Assembly: GCA_937912115.1 (NCBI GenBank)
Contig: CALDOI010000142.1
Coordinates: 2,098-66,097 of the forward strand
Origin: an uncultured Bacteroidota bacterium
GTDB taxonomy: Bacteria > Bacteroidota > Bacteroidia > Bacteroidales > F082
Reading direction: 5' to 3'
DNA: 64,000 bases
Positions 19,289-29,331 of the stretch are shown piece by piece (positions within the stretch are counted from its first letter, which is position 1; every line of letters begins with the position of its first letter). The position numbers and the translations under genes were made by a program. The notes below the pieces were generated by a model. It saw only the letters and a program-made list of their open reading frames with translations. It was not told the DNA's origin and did not search any database.

Positions 19289-20944
19289 TTACTCGGCCAA
19301 TAGCTCTCTTGCTACGTTAAGTGCAGTTTCTGTAACATTCTCACTACTCAACATTGTAGCCAACTCTTCAACCCTACCCTCTTTACTTAATAAACTTATT
19401 GTTGTAATGGTAGAATTATTAGTTGATTGCTTATACACTTTATAGTGGAAATCAGCTTTAGAAGCAATTTGTGGCAAATGTGTTATTGTTATTACCTGAT
19501 GATTTGTAGCCATCTTTTTAATAATTGACCCAACCTTTCCTGCAATATCGCCTGAAACTCCCGAATCAATTTCATCAAATATCACAGTTGGAAGCATTTG
19601 CTGCTGATTAATTAATGATTTTACAGCTAACATTAATCTCGACAATTCCCCACCCGATGCAATCTTGCTAATCTCCCCTTTTTCAACACCAAGGTTAGCA
19701 TTAAAAAGAAATTGTACTTTATCAACTCCTGAGCTGGTAAAAGAAGGTGATTTTTCAATCTTCACAGCAAACCCGGCATCCTTCATCCCAAGCTGAGTAA
19801 TTATTTTCAACACAGAATCCGAGAAATTGTTACTAATTGAAGTCCTTATTTTATGAAGTTCATCAGCTCCTTGGGCTACTACCTTTTCTTGAACAGCCAA
19901 TTCCTTTTTAGTATTCTCAATTTCATTATCAAGGGAGTTGATATTCTGGAGTTTCTCATCATATTCATTTTTCAACTCAATCAACCCTTCAACAGTTGAG
20001 ACATGATGTTTTTGAAATAACCTGTAAACCGAATTTAGCTTATCGTTGACTAATTCAAGTTCCACCGGATCAAAATCTTCATCTCTATTTAATGAATCAA
20101 TTTCTACTGCAATATCCTCTAATTCAATCAACAAGCTTCTAAGCCGATCGGTTAACTCACCAGCCCCTGCTAAATATGATTGTATTTTTCCTAATGTTTT
20201 AGTTAGATTAGCCAAATTCCCTATTAATGCATATTCATCACCATTAAGAATAGAATCTGCATCTGCTAAGGCAATCTTTATTTCTTCAGCATGTTCAAGA
20301 AATCTGGCTCTTTCTTCTAGTTCTTTAACCCTATCCACATCCAATGTAGCATCGCTGAGTTCCTCAAATTGATATTTGAAATAATCCTCATCTTTTTTTG
20401 CCTGATTGTTTATATCAACAAGCTCAGAAAGCCTAATAACTAATTTGTGATAGGTACTAAAATCACTTTTATATTGTGATATAACATTGGGTTTATTAAT
20501 AAAATCATCCAATACTTCAAGTTGAAAAGATGAATCTTGCAATTGAAGAGTTTGATGTTGTGAGTGTATATTTAAGAATTTGTTGCCCAGATAAGTAATT
20601 AATTTTAAGCTAACCGGAGAGTCATTTATAAATGCTCTTGATTTCCCGGAAGGAAGTAACTCGCGCCTGATTATTGTTTGATTCTCATAATCAAGATCAT
20701 TATTGATAAAAAATTCTTTAATTTGAAGTTTTCCATTATCAAATACGCCTTCAATTATACATTTTTTTGATTTATCCCTAAGAACTGATAAATCCGCTCT
20801 GCTTCCTAAAATTAATGATAATGCTCCCAGTATAATCGATTTTCCCGCACCGGTTTCACCGGTTATAACCGAAAAGCCACTGGTAAAATCAATTTCCAGT
20901 TTTTCGATCAATGCATAATTAACTATTGATAAAGTTTTTAACAT
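19289..20944 (-). CDS. recN: DNA repair protein RecN
   Basis: ITGETGAGKSI Walker A, SRAFIND, IHSQHQ, ASGGELSRLMLA, FDEIDSGVSG, ITHLPQIA. Confidence 0.97.
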   Translation of the reverse strand: MLKTLSIVNYALIEKLEIDFTSGFSVITGETGAGKSIILGALSLILGSRADLSVLRDKSKKCIIEGVFDNGKLQIKEFFINNDLDYENQTIIRRELLPSGKSRAFINDSPVSLKLITYLGNKFLNIHSQHQTLQLQDSSFQLEVLDDFINKPNVISQYKSDFSTYHKLVIRLSELVDINNQAKKDEDYFKYQFEELSDATLDVDRVKELEERARFLEHAEEIKIALADADSILNGDEYALIGNLANLTKTLGKIQSYLAGAGELTDRLRSLLIELEDIAVEIDSLNRDEDFDPVELELVNDKLNSVYRLFQKHHVSTVEGLIELKNEYDEKLQNINSLDNEIENTKKELAVQEKVVAQGADELHKIRTSISNNFSDSVLKIITQLGMKDAGFAVKIEKSPSFTSSGVDKVQFLFNANLGVEKGEISKIASGGELSRLMLAVKSLINQQQMLPTVIFDEIDSGVSGDIAGKVGSIIKKMATNHQVITITHLPQIASKADFHYKVYKQSTNNSTITTISLLSKEGRVEELATMLSSENVTETALNVARELLAE

Positions 20945-20970
20945 ACTTATTTCTTCTTATCGGGAAACAA

Positions 20971-20978
20971 CAAATCTA
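20971..20978 (-). promoter_or_regulatory. -7 promoter element TAGATTTG
   Basis: Exact TAnnTTTG on the minus strand upstream of recN. Confidence 0.55.
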
Positions 20979-21021
20979 AGAAAAACACCAATAAACAGGT
21001 TTTGAAATACATAAATAAGTA

Positions 21022-22320
21022 TTACATATTAATAGCTAAATTACGAAAAGTATCGCCCCTATGCTCAAAATTATGAAACTGGTCGTAACTGGCAGCGGCT
21101 GGTGACAATAAACATATCCCCCCCCTGAGTGAACTCTCAGCAATTATACGAAATGCATCTTCTATTGATTCGGCTTTAAAAAGGAGTTTTTTGCTTCTGT
21201 CGATAATTAGTTCGTACATTCTGTCGCCTGCTTTTCCAAGAAAAATAAATCTTGAAATTTCTGACTTAACTAAAAAGTCTGCTAGTCTTTTATAATCAAG
21301 TCCACGGTCAAAACCTCCCAAAATTATTGTTTCTACATTTTCCAAAGATTTAACAGCAGCAATTGTTGATTCAGGAACTGTTGAAATGCTGTCGTTTACA
21401 TAGGTTATACCTCCAAACTCGCCAATAAACTCAAGACGATGTGGTAAACTTTTAAAACCACTAAGTACATTAACTGCTTCATCAATGTTAACACCAATTT
21501 CTAAAACTGCATGTAATGCGGCTTCAATATTTGCCAAATTATGAGCTCCAATTAAGGGCAGACTAATTTTTTTTGAAGCAAAACCAAAATGATCATCGGC
21601 ATCAATAACAACTATTACATTATGTTCAATATTAGGTAATAGCCCCAATAATGAACTATGAACAATAAAGGTATCTTCTTCAGTTTGATATTTATATATA
21701 TTATGTTTTGCCTTTCTATATTTATCCAAACTACCAAAATAATCAAGATGTTCGGGAAATATATTTAACAATACCGAAATATGTGGTGATGAACGTACAT
21801 ATTCAAGTTGGTGAGCCGAAAGTTCATATACAATAACCGAATCATCCTGAATATTTCCTATCATTTCAAATGCCGGAACTCCGATATTTCCCAACAAAAC
21901 AGCATTCCTATCTGTTGCATCAAGAAAATGCTTAATCAAACTGGAAGTTGTGCTTTTTCCCTTAGTTCCGGTAATACCGATTGTTTGGTGAGAATAACGT
22001 TGCAAAAATAAATCCGTTTGGGAGGTCAATTTACTTACTATATCTGCACTAACGCTATCAATTTTTACACCGGGTGATTTTATTATCAAATCAAATTCGC
22101 TTAATGAATCTTGATACTCTTTTCCCAAATAGAGATTTACCCTATTATCCGTCAAAATATTCAGGTCATTACCAATTTCAACATTTAAATCAGCAATACT
22201 AAGCTGCATTTCAGGAAAATATTTTCTAATAGTTCTGTAAGTCGATCTGCCTTCGCGTCCGAAACCCAGAATTAACACTTTTGGGTTATTAGCAAATAAA
22301 TCGCCAAGTAGCTTAATCAT
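21022..22320 (-). CDS. murD2: UDP-MurNAc-L-Ala--glutamate ligase, MurD2 (L-Glu) type
   Basis: GFGREG, KSPGV, GITGTKGKSTT, GNIG, ELSAHQL, HRLE, LLSPAAASYDQF. Has NDSISTVP and GGFDRG instead of canonical NDSKATN and GGxxKG. Overlaps the murL-like gene by 8 nt. Confidence 0.8.
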   Translation of the reverse strand: MIKLLGDLFANNPKVLILGFGREGRSTYRTIRKYFPEMQLSIADLNVEIGNDLNILTDNRVNLYLGKEYQDSLSEFDLIIKSPGVKIDSVSADIVSKLTSQTDLFLQRYSHQTIGITGTKGKSTTSSLIKHFLDATDRNAVLLGNIGVPAFEMIGNIQDDSVIVYELSAHQLEYVRSSPHISVLLNIFPEHLDYFGSLDKYRKAKHNIYKYQTEEDTFIVHSSLLGLLPNIEHNVIVVIDADDHFGFASKKISLPLIGAHNLANIEAALHAVLEIGVNIDEAVNVLSGFKSLPHRLEFIGEFGGITYVNDSISTVPESTIAAVKSLENVETIILGGFDRGLDYKRLADFLVKSEISRFIFLGKAGDRMYELIIDRSKKLLFKAESIEDAFRIIAESSLRGGICLLSPAAASYDQFHNFEHRGDTFRNLAINM

Positions 22321-23671
22321 TTAATTCGTTTTTAAGAATTGACTCGAACCTTTTCGAAAGCAAATGTTCGGTATTATACTCAGAAATCATGCGATGAAAT
22401 TCTTTAATCTTACTTTTCAAATCTATGTTTTTAAGTAATACAACATCATTAAAATTGTTGATTGAATATTTGGCTAATGCAGCCATAACTTCATCAGGAG
22501 TTCCGACACACTCAAAAGGCTTTATATCAGCAATTCCTGCTAACTCTTTAAAAATATCCTCAAGTGTGGGATCATTGAGCATATCTTTTCCAAAAATATT
22601 TTGCAGAACTGCAACTTCAACAAAGGGACTCAAGATTATAAATGTAAACAAACATTTAGGACACATCCCACACCAGCTATCGGTACTACTTCCAACATTG
22701 CAGCTCCTAAATCCATTAAAATGTTGTGGGAATCCGGAGAACAGTTTTGCAATTTGAAGCTCATTTACAGGTCGTAAAAAACTAAAGTAGTTTATATTTG
22801 GATTAAGATATTTCTTTACATACTGATTAAAATCATCTTCGAACTCAAATGATTTTGAATACTGATGATTTATTTTTGAGCCGGGAACCGTACTTTCATT
22901 TGCACTACTTTCGTTGGAAAGTGCGATATTTGAAACTCCGGCAATCACACATGATAAAACTCCTGTAAATGCCAACAATGCAGAGAAAGGAGTATGCCCA
23001 TTTAAGAATCCCTGAGAATTTAATTCGAGCAACTTACCATCAATTTTGCGTTGCACAATTACTGATTGGTTTTCATTAAAACCGGCAGTTTCAATTGTGC
23101 GAATGCTAGCCTCACGCGGATTCACAATCATTGGGATTACTTTAATACCTTTATTTTTCAGCAGCTCAAGTGTAACAACCGAATCCTTTCCCCCACCAAT
23201 TGGAATTACTACTTTATTATCGTCAAGTTTTGTTGTTGAAACACCCATTTCTACTCCTTGGGAGGAAATTGACATAAATACATCCTGATCAGTCTCAATT
23301 CCGTTAAGGTAAAAGAATTCACCGAGGCCATTGAAATAAAGCTTCTTCCACCATGAAATTTGATCTTGGTTTAGTTTGTGTGGTTTAATAATAACTCTTG
23401 GTGAACATGCAGCCTTCCAATAACTTATTAGCTCAACCATTCCTATGTGAAAAACAAAATTATCCAGTCCAGTTTTATCTAGGTTAACTAAGTAAAAATC
23501 CCTTGAAGGAATCGTAATTGTGGGCTTAAACGACACCTTACCGGATAGGCTAAAACAAAACTCTGCAACCAAGTTCCCATTTATAAAAGAAAATGAATAA
23601 CTTTGGTATTCAAAAAATGAATATTCCTTACGTAGGTTAAGGAAATGCTGATGATTATTTTTAACAGTCAA
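22313..23671 (-). CDS. murL: UDP-MurNAc-L-Ala-L-Glu epimerase MurL
   Basis: ISYWKA, PP-loop IGGGKDS, LNGHTPFSA, SNESSANE, NHQYSKS, FRSCN, WCGMCPKCLF, KPFECVG; translationally coupled to the murD homolog. Confidence 0.85.
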   Translation of the reverse strand: MTVKNNHQHFLNLRKEYSFFEYQSYSFSFINGNLVAEFCFSLSGKVSFKPTITIPSRDFYLVNLDKTGLDNFVFHIGMVELISYWKAACSPRVIIKPHKLNQDQISWWKKLYFNGLGEFFYLNGIETDQDVFMSISSQGVEMGVSTTKLDDNKVVIPIGGGKDSVVTLELLKNKGIKVIPMIVNPREASIRTIETAGFNENQSVIVQRKIDGKLLELNSQGFLNGHTPFSALLAFTGVLSCVIAGVSNIALSNESSANESTVPGSKINHQYSKSFEFEDDFNQYVKKYLNPNINYFSFLRPVNELQIAKLFSGFPQHFNGFRSCNVGSSTDSWCGMCPKCLFTFIILSPFVEVAVLQNIFGKDMLNDPTLEDIFKELAGIADIKPFECVGTPDEVMAALAKYSINNFNDVVLLKNIDLKSKIKEFHRMISEYNTEHLLSKRFESILKNELND

Positions 23672-23741
23672 ATTATTGGTATATTTTTTGTTATAATATT
23701 TTGTAAAAATAATTGTTTTTAATAGAACAAAAGAAATCGAG

Positions 23742-24332
23742 ATGAGTGGAGTTGATAAATTTGTTAAAGTAACCAGTAATAACCTACGCCCTGCAAAGGG
23801 ACGATTGTTACTATCGGAACCCCTAATGGGTGATTTTTACTTTGGCAGATCAGTTGTTCTGCTTGCCGAACATAACGATGAGGGGTCATTCGGGCTTGTA
23901 TTAAACAAACCTGTAATGCAAGAATTTAATAAAGTTGTTAAAGACTTCCCAAAATTTGAGGGGCAGTTATTTATAGGTGGACCCGTTGAAACAAACAGCT
24001 TGTTTTTTATACATACTATTGGCGATATTGTTGAAGGTTCTATTGAAATTGGATCAGGAATTTATTGGGGCGGTGATATCGATATTATAAAGGAAATGAT
24101 ATTATTAAACTCAATTACACCTAATGATATTAGGTTTTCCGTGGGTTATTCGGGATGGTCGCCCGATCAACTTAAGAATGAATTAAAAAGAAATTCATGG
24201 CTGGTATCAAAAAATCTTGACAAAGATATCCTGAAAATTAAGCCCGAAATTATGTGGAAAAAACTACTTGAACCTCTTGGAGATGACTACAAATACTGGC
24301 CAAAATTCCCTCCTGATCCAGGATTAAATTAA
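23742..24332 (+). CDS. YqgE/AlgH family protein (UPF0301)
   Basis: FGRSVVLLAEH..GSFGLVLNKP, GGPV, GYSGWSPDQL..EL..NSW, PPDPGLN. Confidence 0.93.
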   Translation: MSGVDKFVKVTSNNLRPAKGRLLLSEPLMGDFYFGRSVVLLAEHNDEGSFGLVLNKPVMQEFNKVVKDFPKFEGQLFIGGPVETNSLFFIHTIGDIVEGSIEIGSGIYWGGDIDIIKEMILLNSITPNDIRFSVGYSGWSPDQLKNELKRNSWLVSKNLDKDILKIKPEIMWKKLLEPLGDDYKYWPKFPPDPGLN

Positions 24333-24379
24333 CTCACAACCCAAAAACCACAACCCAAAACCCACAACTCAAAACCCTA
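24331..24379. repeat. Heptamer tandem array x7 (AACYCAM)
   Basis: AACTCAC AACCCAA AAACCAC AACCCAA AACCCAC AACTCAA AACCCTA fills the entire gap between two convergent stop codons. Confidence 0.85.
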
Positions 24380-24778
24380 ATCCTCCAATATCCTTCCCAT
24401 AGTACCAACTACAATCTTAATCTTAAAAGTTTTATCATGGAGCTTATGCTCTTCCCACTTACGCTTGTAAACCAAAAGTAAATTTGTTTGTCCATCAGCA
24501 ATAGTCTGAAATTTAAAAGTGTACAATCCTGCTGAGCCAATTTTATCATTGCTGGCTTTATAAACCGGATCACCAACCTGTTTAATAACAGTTGAGTCGA
24601 ATGAAACAACCTGCCAGACATATCCAGTAGATGGGTTACCCGATAATTCTATCTCAAAAGGATCATCATTACCAAGGTTTACCGAGGATCCACTATTTTC
24701 CATAGTAAAAGGACCAACACATGAAGAAATTACAAATCCGAAAAGTAATAATACGACTGATTTAAAAATAGTTTTCAT
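24377..24778 (-). CDS. Chagasin/I42 family protease-inhibitor lipoprotein
   Basis: Start reassigned to MKTIFK..LLLFGFVISSC (lipobox). Motifs NPSTGYVW, IGSAG, YKRKWE. Confidence 0.85.
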   Translation of the reverse strand: MKTIFKSVVLLLFGFVISSCVGPFTMENSGSSVNLGNDDPFEIELSGNPSTGYVWQVVSFDSTVIKQVGDPVYKASNDKIGSAGLYTFKFQTIADGQTNLLLVYKRKWEEHKLHDKTFKIKIVVGTMGRILED

Positions 24779-24789
24779 AGTTGATATTT

Positions 24790-25398
24790 TTAAAAGATAG
24801 TTGAGAAAAAATTCTGAATTACATTCGGCACAAGTATTATAGTAAGAACTATTCCAAAAATTGCACCCCAAAAATGTGCATTATGACCAATATTATCAAC
24901 ACCCTTTTTACCCATATATGCAGAATAAATCAGGTAAGCAATTCCGAAAACCCAAGATGGTAATGGAAAAGGTATTGGAAACAGAAAAATACTTCCGGAA
25001 GGATATACCAGTATACTTGAAAATACTACAGCCGAAACTGCACCAGACGCTCCTACGGCATTGTAGTAAATATCATCCTTATGTTTTTTAAAATCATATA
25101 AGGTCGAAAATAATATCCCCCCAACATACAATAAAGCAAAATACAAATAACCAATGGTTCCAAAGCTTACCAGAAATGATTGTTCAACAACCCCTCCAAA
25201 TGAATACAACACGTACATATTGATAATCAAATGCATCCAACCGGAATGCAAAAGAGCATAGCTGAAGAACCTATACTTCTCACCAGAGTGCTTTATTTGA
25301 TAAGCATTGAATTTCAGATTGTTAAAAAGGTCAATATTATTAAATGCGCTTATTGATATAAAGCCTGTAATTGCAATTATTACAAAAGTAAGTATCAT
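24790..25398 (-). CDS. Rhomboid family intramembrane serine protease
   Basis: YRFF..LLHSGWMHLIINMYVLYSFG, catalytic GASG, NIGHNAHFWGA. Confidence 0.93.
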   Translation of the reverse strand: MILTFVIIAITGFISISAFNNIDLFNNLKFNAYQIKHSGEKYRFFSYALLHSGWMHLIINMYVLYSFGGVVEQSFLVSFGTIGYLYFALLYVGGILFSTLYDFKKHKDDIYYNAVGASGAVSAVVFSSILVYPSGSIFLFPIPFPLPSWVFGIAYLIYSAYMGKKGVDNIGHNAHFWGAIFGIVLTIILVPNVIQNFFSTIF

Positions 25399-26231
25399 TC
25401 GCTGTTGGTAGTTTCAGTTGTTTGTTTAGCATCTTTAGTATGATCGATTTCGGAGCCTAACACACTATGTGGAATGGCATAAACCAACAACATTGCAATA
25501 ACAGCAAGAGTTGGCCATAGTTTATTTTCCGGTTTCTTTCTTAGAACAAACCAGGCTATTACCCAAAATATAAATACAAATAAAGTTTTGTTATCTGTTA
25601 AATCGTGACCGAATGGCCATCCCGTCCAGTAAGCATCGAAAGCATATTTTTGTACGATTGGCCCAAATATAAGCCCTCCAAATAACAAGGTTATTGTCAC
25701 AATTCCTGTATAATATTTTGTGTCTACTTTTCTAAAAAATATCTCCAAACCAACTCTCAATGCAAATAATAAAGACATAAACATGAAGAATATATGAGGT
25801 ATAAGTACTGCTCTTGGAACAGCTCCCTTAAATCTTATAACTACCGGTTCCTCATTAAGTACGTATATTTTTCCGTTACTGTTTAGTTTAATTATATATT
25901 CAACTTTACCAGCAGCAGGCTGATTGGGGATGATTCCAATTAACATCCCATTTTCGCGAACCATATCTGTTGTCATCCAATCGTCGTAACTCTTAAAACG
26001 TTTCTGAGTTATAGTTCCTGATATTTCATTGTTTTCAATTTCAATTTCAACAAGTGCGTCCTTATCCCCACCAAAAGTTCGAATCAGCTTATATTTTATT
26101 AGTTCATCACCAATACTTATACTGCCGTTTAGCGGATATGTTGGACCTGTTGATCGTTGATAAATAACTAACCCAACTGTTAGTACAATAGCGATTATCC
26201 AGAGAAGAATGTTTTTTCCTTTATTACTCAT
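25395..26231 (-). CDS. Hypothetical membrane protein (N-terminal TM, periplasmic beta domain, 4 TM)
   Basis: YQRSTGPTYP, PNQPAAGKVEY, RFKGAVP..LIPHI, GPIVQKYAF..WTGWPFGHDLTDNKT, IPHS; operonic spacing with both neighbours. Confidence 0.75.
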   Translation of the reverse strand: MSNKGKNILLWIIAIVLTVGLVIYQRSTGPTYPLNGSISIGDELIKYKLIRTFGGDKDALVEIEIENNEISGTITQKRFKSYDDWMTTDMVRENGMLIGIIPNQPAAGKVEYIIKLNSNGKIYVLNEEPVVIRFKGAVPRAVLIPHIFFMFMSLLFALRVGLEIFFRKVDTKYYTGIVTITLLFGGLIFGPIVQKYAFDAYWTGWPFGHDLTDNKTLFVFIFWVIAWFVLRKKPENKLWPTLAVIAMLLVYAIPHSVLGSEIDHTKDAKQTTETTNSE

Positions 26232-26246
26232 TATTAGTTTATTATA

Positions 26247-29186
26247 TTAATTATTATTTTTTAGAGCCTCGTAAAAAAGCTGATGAATGTTTGTTCTTAT
26301 ATCCAATTCCATTAATAAGTTATTGGCCATATCAGGGTGAACTCGATTGCACAAAAATACATAAACAAGTCCATTATCAGGATCAGCCCAGGCATATGTG
26401 CCTGTAAATCCAGAATGACCAAAACTTGACGGTGATGCATCTTTGCAATTTGTTCTATGTTCTTCATATACAAGTAGCGGCTTATCAAATCCTAAACCTC
26501 TTCTATTGCTGTCGGCAATAAAATGACAGCTATTAAAGAAGTCAATAGTTTTCTGTTCAAAAATCTTTTGGTTTCCATACGATCCCCCATTAACGAACAT
26601 CTGCATTAGCACTGCCACATTGTAAGCGTTTCCAAATAAACCGGCATTTCCCGAAACTCCACCTAACATTGCTGCACCCTGATCATGTACATCGCCATGC
26701 AATAGTTGTTTCCTAAATATTGTGTCATCCTCAGTTGGAATTATTTTTTCAAGTTTAAAATAATTCCTGGGATTAAACCTTAAATAATTTAGATGCAGTG
26801 GGTTGTATATTTTATCATATAAATAATTATCGAAAGAGCTATTATTGATATTTTCTGTTAACTCCTTAAATAAGTAGAATCCAAGTCCTGAATAATGATA
26901 GGTCTTATCTTGAAAAGGTGATTTAATAATACTATCAAAAATAACATGCTTATAACCATTCTTAATATACATGTTATCGGCTACACGAATTGGAAATGAT
27001 TCTGATATTTGACTGCTATAAACAGTAGTATCCCATCCGTTTTCATCTATTGTACTTTCATAATAAGGTATCCAATTTTGCAAACCCGACTGATGAGTAA
27101 GAACTTCTTTAAACTCAAGGCTATCCTTGTTGGTATCCCTTAACATTAGTAAATAATCACTTATTCTGCCATTGATGTCAATTTTGCCTTCTTCACTCAT
27201 TTTCATGAGAGCGGGAGTGGTGGCAAGTATTTTGGTAAGCGAGGCCAAATCGTAAACATCATTCCACTTAACCTGATTCTTTTTATCGTAAGTGTGATAC
27301 CCGAATGATTTATTATAAAATACCGCTCCATCTTTAGCGGCAAGTATCTGACATCCTGGATATGCGCCTATCTCAATTCCATTTTGGGCGGTTGAATCAA
27401 CCTTTCGCAGCATTTCAATGTTTATTCCCATCAATTCGGGATCATCCACAAACAATGTGGTTGCGCCATAACTTAATCCCCATCCTGCCTTATAATCCCC
27501 GGCATCAACAGGGAGAATACCAAACCTATCAGAGCCCATCATAATCATATTGGCAGAAGATTTTTGTGCAGATGATTTTTCCTGATACGATATAAGTATT
27601 GCTGATACAAACTCCGTATTAAAGAAATTAAGGGCATATGGGCTTGCAAAAATATCAAGTACAACTTTGGTTTCAATGGCAAGTTTTTCAACCAAATCTA
27701 CATCTCCCTTAGTAATTCCAAATCCTCTACTTGCAAGTATATTGGTATTAAGGATGGATGCAACTACCAAATCGTAATTTATTAGTTGAGCCAGTATTTT
27801 TTTTCGGGCTTTTCTACTTGCATTGTGTTCAATATGATACACATCAAACTGTCCAAAATCGTTGATTGCATTTTCAATTTCAAGATGATCTGTAGTTCCG
27901 ATTACAAGCAATGCTCTTTTTTTATAATCATTAATTGATAAAGGCAAAATACCCATATCATTTTTAACCATAGTAATGGCGGCATCCATTAGCCTGTTAG
28001 ATGTTACTTCATATATTGGATTGTTGAGATCATTTAAAAGATTATTTGTATCAATAGGAGTTTTATTACCGGCACCAGTTAAATATTTATACTTAAGAAC
28101 TTTTTTGCAGCTACGGGCAATGCGTTCTTCAGTTATCGTCCCAACTATGAGAGCATCACTAATATTTTTTATAGATAAGGGTATATTATCCGGAATTAAT
28201 AAGATGTCGTTACCGGCTTCAAGGGCTTTTAAAGCAACCATTCCTTCTTTATAGTACTTAGTAACACCTTTCATATCAAGACCATCGGTAATAATTAATC
28301 CTTCAAAACCCATAGTGTCAATTAAATAATCGGATACAATTTTATGTGATAAAGTTGAAGGTAGATTTTTTGAATCGTCGAGTGCAGGAACTGATAGATG
28401 AGCAATCATTACTGAGTTAACTCCTTCATCAATCAAATATTGAAATGGATATAAATCATTATACAATAAAGTTTGTAATTGACTGCTTACTTCAGGTAGG
28501 TCATTATGCGAATCCTTATACGTATTTCCATGACCCGGGAAATGCTTTGCACTAGCAATTATACCTTTGCTTTGTAAACCTTTCATGTAGGCACTTCCTT
28601 TTTCGGCAACAAGGTGGGGATTTTGTCCAAACGAACGCATTCCAATTACAGGATTCTTGGGATTACTATTAACATCAACAACGGGAGCAAAATTTATATG
28701 AATACCCATCCGTTTACATTGCTCACCTATTTGCTGACCCATTGCATAAATCAGGTTATTATCACTAATTGCTCCAAGGGTCATTTGTAACGGATACTTA
28801 ATTGTATTACTTAACCTCATTCCCAAACCCCATTCTGCATCTATGGAAATAAATAAAGGAGTTTTTGCCAATGAATTCCAGTGATTTGTTTGCTTAACCT
28901 GAGAAATCGGATCGCCACTAAAAAAAACAACTCCACCAATATTGTAATCAGCAATAAGAGTATCAATGTATTGAATATAAGGTTTGTTGGCATAGTTTGC
29001 CCGAACAAAAATAAGTTGTGCAATTCGTTGCTCAATGGTTAATGATTGATAAACAGAGTCAACCCATTTATCTTCATATAATCTTGGATTCTGTGAACTT
29101 TGTGAAAACGTTTGTATTGCGATAACAGTTGTTAACATCAACACAAGTATAATCCTACCATAAGAAGTACCTCTATACACTATCAT
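26247..29186 (-). CDS. GH3 beta-N-acetylglucosaminidase fused to a beta-lactamase-like serine hydrolase
   Basis: DAEWG, APVVDVN, RSFG, KHFPGHG..DSH, TDGLDM (GH3); DLASLTK, HYSGLG, GHSGFTGT (serine hydrolase). Confidence 0.92.
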   Translation of the reverse strand: MIVYRGTSYGRIILVLMLTTVIAIQTFSQSSQNPRLYEDKWVDSVYQSLTIEQRIAQLIFVRANYANKPYIQYIDTLIADYNIGGVVFFSGDPISQVKQTNHWNSLAKTPLFISIDAEWGLGMRLSNTIKYPLQMTLGAISDNNLIYAMGQQIGEQCKRMGIHINFAPVVDVNSNPKNPVIGMRSFGQNPHLVAEKGSAYMKGLQSKGIIASAKHFPGHGNTYKDSHNDLPEVSSQLQTLLYNDLYPFQYLIDEGVNSVMIAHLSVPALDDSKNLPSTLSHKIVSDYLIDTMGFEGLIITDGLDMKGVTKYYKEGMVALKALEAGNDILLIPDNIPLSIKNISDALIVGTITEERIARSCKKVLKYKYLTGAGNKTPIDTNNLLNDLNNPIYEVTSNRLMDAAITMVKNDMGILPLSINDYKKRALLVIGTTDHLEIENAINDFGQFDVYHIEHNASRKARKKILAQLINYDLVVASILNTNILASRGFGITKGDVDLVEKLAIETKVVLDIFASPYALNFFNTEFVSAILISYQEKSSAQKSSANMIMMGSDRFGILPVDAGDYKAGWGLSYGATTLFVDDPELMGINIEMLRKVDSTAQNGIEIGAYPGCQILAAKDGAVFYNKSFGYHTYDKKNQVKWNDVYDLASLTKILATTPALMKMSEEGKIDINGRISDYLLMLRDTNKDSLEFKEVLTHQSGLQNWIPYYESTIDENGWDTTVYSSQISESFPIRVADNMYIKNGYKHVIFDSIIKSPFQDKTYHYSGLGFYLFKELTENINNSSFDNYLYDKIYNPLHLNYLRFNPRNYFKLEKIIPTEDDTIFRKQLLHGDVHDQGAAMLGGVSGNAGLFGNAYNVAVLMQMFVNGGSYGNQKIFEQKTIDFFNSCHFIADSNRRGLGFDKPLLVYEEHRTNCKDASPSSFGHSGFTGTYAWADPDNGLVYVFLCNRVHPDMANNLLMELDIRTNIHQLFYEALKNNN

Positions 29187-29205
29187 TACTGTAATAATTT
29201 TTGCG

Positions 29206-29274
29206 CAAAACTAATCTTTTTAATAATTTGTTGATAACTGAACTTCCTACCGCACGCAAATAATATTACTTTTG
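29206..29274. promoter_or_regulatory. Divergent -7 promoter elements
   Basis: TAGTTTTG on the minus strand (29213-29206) for the GH3 operon; TACTTTTG on the plus strand (29267-29274) for transketolase. Confidence 0.55.
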
Positions 29275-29331
29275 CCATGTTAATAAACTATCTTTATATC
29301 TTACTATCTATTTGTATAACAAAGCGTTAAC

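Noticed and set aside
638..24379. Heptamer arrays or the dispersed element as CRISPR repeats
   Set aside because: No 23-47 bp repeats with unique regular spacers, and no cas genes.
24779..24871. 31-codon N-terminal extension of the I42 gene in the ORF track
   Set aside because: It overlaps the rhomboid gene; the ATG at 24778 gives a clean lipoprotein signal.
24790..25398. Rhomboid as the sorting enzyme for the VPLSNW tail
   Set aside because: It is 24 kb away, looks like an ordinary Bacteroidota rhomboid, and the tail lacks the GlyGly-CTERM motif.
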